From Trichoplax sp. H2 (lineage: Eukaryota): a DNA stretch of 64,000 nucleotides. The position numbers and the translations under genes were made by a program. Below the pieces are notes generated by a model. It saw only the letters and a list, made by a program, of their open reading frames with translations. It was not told the origin of the DNA and searched no databases. The stretch is from positions 1 through 64,000 of the forward strand of contig NOWV01000281.1 of the NCBI GenBank assembly GCA_003344405.1, in the 5' to 3' direction. Of the stretch, positions 53,484 to 64,000 are shown piece by piece. Position 1 is the first letter of the stretch; each line of letters starts with the position of its first letter.

Positions 53484-56400
53484 TAAGTAACGTTGATTTT
53501 GAATATTATGACCCCACCTTGCACACCTTTGGGAGGCATATTAATTATATGATAAGTTCAATTCGACTGTGAAGGTGTTCCATAACTACTTGTCGATTTC
53601 ATTTTTATCTAAAATAAATGCGGACAAACTGAGTGATTATTTATTGTTTTAAATGCGTTTATTGTGATGATCTATTCTCAAGAATATGCAAAAATGAAAA
53701 AGTAGATACAAAAGATTACCGCTATAACAGCCCTTTCCATCGCTTGCTAAAATTATGATTATTATTATCGATAAAATTCTTACTGGAGCAAGAATAGCAC
53801 ATCCATAAGATATATATATGAAGTTTCCTTTGAATTTTATTGATTTACTTCCTTAGATCTGATAGTTTGTATCCCTGAAAAACTAGCGACAATGGTTAAG
53901 TTTGTATGTAATTATCCTTTGTATAACTCCACCCTTACTTTATTTGATTATAGGCTGATACTGGATTAAAGGAAAAAAAAATGATCGTTTGTATCCTTGT
54001 TCGATTTGTCATATTCACCCCACAAAGACAAAGTGTCGTACGTGTAAATTAAGTAATAATATAAAGGATGTTAAAGTTTAGAAGCTTTCATTCACTATCA
54101 TTCGGTAAATAATAAAAGAATTTTGTTTCTTTGATTTAGTGTCAAAATAAAGATTAGGTCAAAGTTCTGTAGACGAACTCACATGGATGGAGAATTTCGC
54201 CTTCCTAGTTCTGTATCAATCCAGTTCCTTGATGTATCGGTAGAAGGATTAAAGCTCTTGAATTTGGATATAAAATAGAAACTAGTCAAGTTATATAGAT
54301 GGCTCTATGTTTAGATCGAAATGTTTATTTAATATTATATGCATATGCTTTGAGTCTGTAATCATTTAGCATGACTATTTCATTCTATTTTATGAAATAC
54401 CTTCACTCTAGAACAAGTCAAGATAGACTAATCAAGATTACTTCGTCCTAAGGGAATAGGAATCCACTAATTAATAAGTAAACTTGTTTTCAATCTATAC
54501 AATCGATATTCAGCTTGAGGAAAATTAGTTTAATGAGTCATCATATCGTTAAACAATGAATCGAATGTTAATTAACTCCTAGAGGCACGCGATTTACAAA
54601 ATAATTTTCAACTGGCATTAATCACGATGAATTGTTTTCCATAAACTAGAGCAAAAGGGCGGAGAATGACAACTTAAATAAGAAACAAAATAACTCGGAA
54701 AGAAAGAAATTATATAAACATAGAAATCCTTCGATGCTAATAAATGTATTGTAGTGAAAAACAATTTATTCTTTACCTTAGTTTTATTGCTGCTTTGATA
54801 TTTTCCCATGTTATTAATCGATGATAAATTCGAATAATAACAATTAAGCTGTTCAAGCTTAACAGTTGGCGTTACTAACAATTAAAAGGTCTGAGGTCTT
54901 GTCCGGTCTTATTACAATTGATAACGAAGAGCAACTTCGACAATCACGCAGTCGGATGTTTGTCCTAAAATAGGTTTCTATCAACTATGTTACTTGAAGT
55001 AATTCTAAAACATAAAACGGATACACTATCTTAAATAGTAACCTTCCCAGTGCAATGCTACCGGGTGAAATTAAAGTTACGATTCTCTTTGGCATCACAT
55101 AATTGTCACATCGTTTCCATTTCTTGCATAATTATACGCTATTTAGTACAATATAAGCTATTACGTTACCATGTATTTGGTAGTCTACTGAAACAATGTA
55201 TCCAGAAGCGGAGCTTAGTTACTATCTTATATTCGCGAAGCTTAATTGAGGGAACTCTTATGGGCTGCTAGAATAAGACACTATGATACATAATAGCAAG
55301 CGTAGATTCTCTACTGTGCTATAATCATGTACAGAATAGTTACAGTTTACGATAGAATTATACTTAAATTTGATTAAAATAGGCATTATTTTCGTAAATT
55401 CAGCTAAGGGAGTTGTGAAAGAAGGCTGCATCTAGATGATAGGTTATACTTTTTAAAACTAAAAGTAAATGCTATTTTTAAACTGTAGTAGATTATAAAA
55501 AATTCAACTAGATTGTGCAAGAGTAATTTATAATTTTATCATAATATTATCTCAATATGCAGGTTACTGTGTTTGCTTACAGTTTCTGATAATATAGTTA
55601 TTCAGTTTGCAGAAATGTAATATACATACTTCAGTATTTGGCATTAGACTTGTGAAAGAACATATCTAGATAATGATTACCCCATCGCTTCATACTTAAT
55701 ATAAATTAACCGCTGCAAAATAATTTTAGCTGCTTGAAAGCAAATGACCTAAAATTTTTATAGGTTATTCCTTAAATTTTTAAGGGCTCTATATAGCAAA
55801 GTTTAAGATTTTAGATACTTTTATTTAAAGCCTTCGAGAATAAATATATTCAAAATATGCGCGTATCTGATACTGTATGTAAGGATAACCAATTCAGAAT
55901 TTGTTCATATCACTGCATTTAAAAAGTCGCAATAGATCTTGAGCTGGTTATGCATTGTTAATGCTACTATATTGAAAATTTCAGTTCAATAATTTTAAAC
56001 AACTAATTTAATTTAAGTGCATTGAATTTTAATATTAAAGAGAACCATTAGCACATTTTACTCAGTTATGAATCTCAATTAAAAATTTAATCGTATAAAA
56101 CTAGTACTACTAGTATTGCAAAGTTTATTGATGAACATTATACACAGTTTCAGCGAATGTTAAATCGATGCATTTCAATACCTGTGTGTTGCATACTAGA
56201 GAATTTCTCGTCAATTTGTGCAGTAGATGTAATATACCACAGATAAAACTTCACATGTTTGATGCGTTATGATGAATTATGTAAAAGAAAAATGAGACGT
56301 GGACTTACGTTACCACTAATACCTACAGTTAGTGTGACTCACTTGGTTTACGGATTTTAAGATATTAAAATTTAATATAATCGTTGATAATTGTAAGATT

Positions 56401-57517
56401 TAAACGATCAAAACGCCTATAGAAATGCAATTTTTTTTAATCTTTATCGATTTAAGACTAGGGTATTGCGCTAGTGAACTGGAATGATGTGATTGAGTAA
56501 GAAGCACGTTAATAGTGTCTAAGAGTATCTCTGAATCAGTCTTAGTATTATATGCTTAAATAAAAGAAAAGTTTGAAAATAAACTCAAATTTAATACATC
56601 GTACTAATCTTCACCACTTATTTTATTAGAGCATTTCACACTTAGTATTCTTTTCTTTTCTATCCCATAGCTCATTTTTTTTATATGTGGTCTCAGCTTA
56701 TTGATGTTGTTGTAATCCATCGTTCTACATTTATATAAAACCCCACAGGATAACTTGATGAAATTAAATTCTATTTCTTTAAAGCACTGAAGTGTGATGT
56801 TAGGAATTTGGTTACGTTATGATCATTTCAACGCTATTTGTAAATTATTAAACATTGATACTAATACCTGACGTATTTATTTCGGTTTACATCGGCCAAT
56901 ATTGTTATTCCTGGCCTAGGGTACAAAGGACAGCTAAACTTATATGGCTACCGATCCTCTTTTGTGCTTTATATATTAACCACAGATTCACTTTCTTATA
57001 CAGATATCGTCATAAGGCATTAGATTGGACTATTTCAAATATCATTGCATATCATACCGTACTTATTATGCATTACAGCCGTAGCATATTATACGTAATA
57101 GTAAATATTGAAGGTATTTAGGGGTAACTCAATAACCCAGGTTCTATACAATCTATGATACGTTACAAATTTATGTTATCACTTTTTTTTAAGTCTATCT
57201 TACTTAATTTAAAAATTAAATAAAATTCGATGTGAATTATTAGCATAATAAAATTATACAGAAATAATAACAGTAATAAAATAAAATTTATCTCTAAATT
57301 TTAACTCGTCGATTATAAGCTTTCAGCATAATGTTAACTCGTATTAAACGCATACTCAAAGTAGCCATTTGTAAATGTTCTTGTTTTTTACTGCACTTAG
57401 TATGAGACAGTAGGTATAAAAGGGTGCTAATATCAATTCAATATGAATAATAGGAAACGATTAGAGATAGTCTAGTCAAGTACTATGGTGTCCTTTATGC
57501 TGTTGTTGCTATCCTTC

Positions 57518-57531
57518 GTTACCATAGCAAC
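57518..57531. promoter_or_regulatory. RFX X-box
   Basis: GTTACCATAGCAAC matches the palindromic X-box consensus GTNRCC-N(0-3)-RGYAAC and ends 88 bp before the ATG at 57619. Confidence 0.8.
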
Positions 57532-57618
57532 ACCATTTCGATGCTAAGTGTGTATCATCGTAGAATTGGAGTGAGCACAGTTGATGTTAGTCAGATATTT
57601 TAAATCATTTCTACGCCA

Positions 57619-60600
57619 ATGGCAGCTTCTACCGCGAGTTATCATCGACGCCAATCTCGAAGAGATGCCAAGGAAGTTATAAATCGACCTAAGGTATTAT
57701 CAACTAAATTATTTCAATAGCTTTTGGCTATAAAGCAGTATGACATAAGGCTTAATCAGTGCACAAGTAAGATCATTTTAACAAACGCTAGTTTTAAAAA
57801 TGAAAATCAGTGTACAGCTTTTCTTCCTTCCCTACTAGCTTAAAAGTAACAGATTATTCTTGTTAACCATGATATTACTATATTCGGTTCTACACAGAGC
57901 TAACACTTAGAATTAAATTTCATGTTAAATTCATAAGATATAGATAAAATTAACATAGTTATAGAATTGTAGCGTTAAGTTTAAATCTATCCTAATCAAT
58001 TAGATATTGGTCATCACCATCTACATTCTAACCTGTATTGTAGCTATAGAAGCTACAAAGTAAACGGTCAGTGCTGATACAGGCATGATTTATAGTTATT
58101 GAACGTTAGATAGTGTTAGATAGCCTTTAAGATTTCTATTACTATTAGCTAAGGTAGTCAATTTTGTTTAGGTGACTTTATAAAATTAAAGAATGAGTAA
58201 AAATTGCCTATCGATAAGGTATGATATTTAGAACTGTAGATTTTGCTCCGCTAGTTAGAAGGAGAAGTATAATGAAATTCTTATATAAAAAGATCCAATT
58301 CTTTCTGTAGTTCAAAACGATCTAATATTTTGATATTCTACTCAAATATTATGAAAATCAAGTCTATTTCTGACTTTGTGAAAACTTATTAACAAGTTGA
58401 ATGATATAATTGATCGATAGCCCACACAATCAGCTTAAAGAGACTTATACTTGTATTTATTAAAGAATTTAGAAATACTAATAGTCCGATACTCTCCTAG
58501 GAATAAACATTAAAGCACTCTTTTAAAGATCTATTGAAAGGAAGTTAGAGCTATAAAACTCTGTAAACAATATATAATTAACGATTATGCACATAAATAA
58601 GGTTTAATTTAATTTAATAGTTAGATCTTGAGACGACCAGAAATCAAATATAGTACAGTTACGTATTTAATGATAGAATACACTCAATTATAATTATTTA
58701 CTAGACAAAGGGGATTACTACAGCAAATACGATACTCCGTGGATACAGGATGTAACTTTTGAGTAAAAGTATTGTTATTACAGACGTTAAGGCAACCCAA
58801 TATCTATGATTGACTGTTAGCCTTGCAGAAATAAAATGCAATAAGACAAGTAATACATCTATATCTTTAAAGTATTTTCATGAGTAATATTGATGATGTG
58901 AAATCGTACTGTCGATTAAAATCTATAATCGATTGTTTTTTATACGTGTATTACGCGTAAACGTAAATGATAAGAAATATTTGAATATGACTCCTAGATA
59001 TTTCTTAAAATTCTTTCAAAACATGATTTAGTTGTCTTGATACAAACTAAAATGAAAGATTCCCACTCGGCTTGATAGTACCAAGTCAATCATAGATAGT
59101 GTGATAAATTGGGAGTAATATTATCTGAACGTAGCTACTGCAATTTTCTAATTATAGTTTAAATGGTAATAATAATTTTCATATTTTTGTTATTGCTATG
59201 AATACAGGTAGAACTAAATGAATACATTTTAAGTGAAAAATTGAAGGATAGGCTTCAACAGTTACATTCGAATGCACCTGAAAATCATAAGAGAATATTT
59301 AAAGAATACATAGACGAATTTGAAGACAGGCAGCGTACTGGTAGCCGGAAAAGCTCAGCAGGTACCCTTTAACGTGCAATAAAGTATTTGATTTTTTATT
59401 AGGTTTTAAGCTTTAAATCTTATTGCCAAACAGAGGTAATTCTATATCGTATGTTGAGCAGAATTATATTATTTCTTTACAAGATGATTGTATGTGTATT
59501 GTAGTTTCTATCATTGACATTATTCATATTACTGAATAGTAAAAGTAAGAATCTCTTGCTATTTTTTACGTCTTTTCGTAATATCGAAATTCATTATTAG
59601 GCTTATAAATTTACAGATAATTTGTTCTGTAGACAAGGGATGCGGCCCGTTTAACTAATCAATTAAAAATCAAAAATGAGCTGAGACTTAACAATATTCA
59701 TGCCATAATTTTATTATGTTAGTTTTATTAAATTATGTCAAGTCAATAATATCGTTCTAAGCATGCTAATAAATAGCTATAATTTATCTTTTCTATACGT
59801 AATAGCCAGGTTTGGTTTAATGGAGGCTAATTCTTGTAATAATCTATAAAACATAACTTTTACATATTTTACTTCATAATACTTTAGGATCTTTGCCTTT
59901 TTTATTCTAGTTTGCAAAAGCCTTCATCTTTTTGCTACTAATATTTGATAGTTTCAAGATTAAGTCAAAGGCTACAAAATTTAATGGACTTAAGCAGAAT
60001 CATATATATTTATTTGGTTACGAAATTAATTTAAATAGGAGGATGTTTTCGATTTAGTATTACTGTTACGGCCAATCCCGGGAATTGGCCATTCCCGGGA
60101 ACGCGAAATTGCTGGTCATTCCTGGGATTGACCGTAGCATTACTTGTTACTAATTCAGTTTACATCAGAATTTAAAAAATTTCCTATATCTAATTAATCA
60201 AACCATAATTCGCACTGAGTTGATTTTAACATCCCATAAGTGTGTTGAAATAAGAAAATCGGACATGATCTCGACGTGAAAATAAATTTGATTAGATGAT
60301 AATGTATTTCGGTGTATATAACTTTTTAGATAGCCTTTGATATAACCGTAATTTATAATAGACCCAGTATGCTACATACCTCAAATCTGAAGATTTATGA
60401 GATATGTTAAGATAGATAGAAATTTCTAGGGTAGAAACACATTTTCTATTATTCCATAAAGAACATTTCTAGAGTTAAAATGCTGAAATTTTCTTATAAT
60501 ATCTATATTTCTATATGCTTGATAATAATATCTTATCGATGGATTTAATTATCTATTTCTTTAGCTCCATTTTCTAAAGCTATAACATCACATCGACTTG

Positions 60601-63460
60601 ATTTTAAGTATCAATTTCAACCACCAGCCAATATTCAAAAGTAAGATTGTGGACTTATATTTCCTTTTACATACTTACCACTGAAATGATTTGCAAAGAT
60701 TGACTACAAGCATTTTGATTAAACTTGCATTATTTTCTGCTTTGCAAAGCATTTGCAAAAAATTTTAAATTATAATCATTTGAGATTTAGTTGAGTAATG
60801 TAGTTTAACATCGTACACAACTCATCAACCTAGACCTCCTTTTCCTTAATATAGCATAAGTACTACCATTTACAAGCAAATTTATCCTTAGTTGTGATTC
60901 AGTACTATACTATTTTATTGAGATCAAGTTGCCGTATGTTAATAAAATATACAGGTTACTAGAATCATTTTCCTAAATTGCTATTTTACCACTATTACGG
61001 CCATAAATTAAAACATGATTGAATAATAGAATTTAAGAATAATGTTGCAAGTAATTTTTATAAATCAAAAGATATTGGTAACTTTATGACATTAATGTGA
61101 TGGAATATTGTTGGCAGCCAGAATAATGCCATGAATAATATAATCAGTTACTTTATTTTAAAGAGAACGAAATGAAAATAAAATTTTGTAGTAATACTTA
61201 AAACAGTTTTATATAATTGAAACTGCATAGATTAAATGGATATCAACGTTTCTACATGATAGCCTTCCACGATGAAAGACACATCCTTATTGTTTCAAAA
61301 ATATATCATAAAGAGATTTTATTTAATGGTGTTTGACTTAATTTTATCACTAGCAGTAATATTAAAAATTTAAAGATTTTTATTTCCTGGTTTGGTAACA
61401 AATTGTTCTGATTTAAATAGGCCGAATGAGAAATAATATATTAACAAAATTAAATAGATTTCTATATGGTACTATTATTAGATGATAGTTTGATCGTTGT
61501 CGTAACACTGTAACACTTATCTGAAATCTGGATATTTTAAGTTTCTAAGTTAATAATGTCTCTTGGGTTAGGCCAAAACACAGCCAGATGTTGCCATCAT
61601 CAAATGCTGAAGTAGATAAAACACTTGGCAAAACTGTTTATGAGGTAGAACATGAGCAAGTAGCAAAATTTACTCCAAGAAAACTAGAACCATTGAAAAC
61701 AAGTAGTACTAAAAATAATCCTCATCCGCTAAAAGTAAAACAACATGGCTAATCTGTAGCTTATATATTTATTTTTACTGGATGTATTTATTCATTTTTA
61801 CATAAATTATTCTAATGGTTTCATATTTGTCACCTACCTATTGACAGCCTTTTATGGATTGGCAATTGAAACCTAATGTAGAAGATGGTCAGCAATCGCC
61901 GTTAATTGAGCAAAGTCTATATGAAATGGTCCAACGTGACAAAAATCAATCGACCTATCGTAAAGATTTTACACCCTCAATGCCTGGTAAGTTTTTAATC
62001 ATTTATTCTTAAACAGAAATTTATATTAATGGAAAGAATGAATCATCATAAAGGATAAAAACTAACTTAGGCGCTGTTTACATGTTCTTTCTAATATCCT
62101 GAACTAGACAAAGTATACTGTTGTCTGCTGATTTATTGTTTCGTGTTAGCCTTATATATAGAACAGAAGAAAACTTTATGCTGTAATTTCTAATTGATAA
62201 CTAACAATTATAATTGCATACGAGCATACCAAAGAAATATGCATTTCAATTTATGCTCGCACTGGAATAATTGCTTCAATTAAATAGAGTTATGATTGCT
62301 TGCAAAGATTAGAGCTTGATACGGAATTATTAATTACTTTCCATTCTGAAGAAAGGCATTTTAGGAGTAATTGCAATGTAATTGTATATTTAAAATATTA
62401 AGTTCATTATTATATTCATGATAGTATCAATTTGAATCGATATAATAAGCTTTAGTTGATATCAATTAAATTAAATTCTTGATAAATGAGATTTGATTCA
62501 AATTCGATAGCAATAACTTAGAAATATTTGATTGATTAGGAATAAGTTGAGGCCTACTTTTCTATTCTTATACAGTCGTGCTCTAATTAGTCTAAAAAAA
62601 CAGATTAAGTTAAGATCAAATTTAATTAGAAATAGTGTAACATTTAGATACTAGCTTTACTAACCCGGGATATACTGAAATTATTAGATATGCAAAGATT
62701 AGCTAGCGCAAGAAAAATGATATCTAGTCGTCAACCCAAATATGACGAAGACACTTGGAAAAGTATTACCAATGCAACGTTTAAATACAACAAGCTAGAT
62801 CAATCACTCTTGAATCCAGTAACACGATTTGGGTCTAATCCACATATAAAAAATTATGCAGTTGGCATATGTAAGTGTAAAGATAATATAATTATTACAC
62901 CGTCTTTAGTTATATCAACGATGAAAATGTGTTGTAGTTGCGGCAGAAATGGTACCGTAAATCACTACAGTTGTTTGCAATCTTAATCTAATTGGAACAG
63001 AGACATCAACTGCATCGCAAGTACAAAAAATCGGAGCTTGTAGCTGTCTTGATCAAAAACTAGATGTAAATTTAGCTACAATTTACTGCGAAGTTTCGTT
63101 TTAATCTCATGCCTTAAAGTACGATATTTCACTTTAGAGAGTTTTAAGAGGGAACTATAGATTAGTACTTTGCCAATTAGCAATTTTTATTTGAAATGAA
63201 TCTAATAGATTCCATAGTTTAATTTCTAAATTGATGATCATCCTTCTATTATTATTTCCGAACGCTTTAATGATAATGTATAATGCTAATTAGTATCATG
63301 TTAAATTCTTAATGCAATTTTTTATCATTAATTTATGTCTCCACCAAAACTTTGACTGAAATTAAATGGAACAGTGCCCATTACTTCTAAGGATTCTCCT
63401 ATACTTGAGATATCAGCCAAGACTTGTTATGAAAATTACTATGGCTCTCGACGACGGTAA
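57619..63460 (+). CDS. TEX26: TEX26-like ciliary/axonemal protein (~273 aa, 6 exons)
   Basis: Exons 57619-57693, 59208-59361, 61550-61734 (AAG acceptor, least certain), 61848-61986, 62688-62870 and 63375-63460, phase-consistent (822 nt). Motifs KTVYEVEH, KNNPHP-x-x-PFMDWQL, QSTYRKDF, TRFGSN...AVGILP and KTCYENYY occur in the order recalled for TEX26-family proteins. The upstream X-box fits a ciliary gene. Confidence 0.72.
60067..60136. mobile_element. Tiny MITE-like foldback element in intron 2 of the TEX26-like gene
   Basis: TA|cggccaatcccgggaat ... attcctgggattgaccg|TA: 17-bp inverted arms with 2 mismatches, TA on both sides, GC-rich within AT-rich DNA. Confidence 0.5.
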
Positions 63461-64000
63461 TCATTGTAGTTATCGAAAGGAATAAAAATTTATTTCGATA
63501 TTCAATTAAGATACCGAATTATCGTTAATTATTATATAAGTAAACCTTCCGTAATCTATTGGAATTGAAATTTAATGTAAATTGCAAATCATTTGATTGT
63601 AATTGCTATTTTTCTAATTATTAGAACTATCACATAGTGATTGTAATAATCAAAATGGCCTACTATATTATATCATATAGTGTAGTCTTGATTTTTATAC
63701 TAAGATTGTTTGTGTATAATCATCCTTAGTAAACCCTGTCATTGATGACCACTCATACTTCTCAAATAGCTATCTAGTCTCCGTGTTAAAGCTGTTATTA
63801 AGCTCGTTGATCATTTACACAAAGTAATCGTTTCCATTATCAATTTTTTCTACCTTATCAAACGTAAATGGCTATTTATACATTTGATTGACGTCTATTG
63901 ACTTAGTTTTAATCGCGTCCAAAGTGCTAATAATGAAGGTTATTGTGTAAAAGGTAGAAGGTAAAGTTGATTGAATACATTTTACATTCGAACGTTAAAT

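Noticed and set aside
43300..57121. Scattered 60-90-aa ORFs upstream of the cadherin (and similar ones at 2-14 kb)
   Set aside because: I/L/F/K/N-rich translations typical of AT-rich non-coding DNA, with no motifs or consistent splice structure.

Overview
AT-rich, intron-containing animal genomic DNA. The 42-aa TPR gene, compact introns and gene content suggest a placozoan such as Trichoplax (inference, not checked). I rebuilt five protein-coding genes by hand from splice sites and reading phase: (1) an intronless minus-strand TPR-array gene running off the left edge, absent from the ORF track, whose near-identical 126-bp repeats vary almost only at the TPR ligand-binding positions; (2,3) two tandem plus-strand ETS transcription-factor genes, one ELF/E74-like and one divergent; (4) a minus-strand Fat4/Fat-type cadherin with only ~11 cadherin repeats, EGF-LamG modules, a furin-type site and a C-terminal EYV; (5) a TEX26-like ciliary gene behind a consensus RFX X-box. 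Non-coding parts hold nested LTR-like remnants around a 20-N gap, a 38-bp minisatellite, several decayed tandem arrays, two short inverted-repeat elements and a ~15-kb gene-free region upstream of the cadherin. Family assignments rest on recalled motifs; no database search was run.
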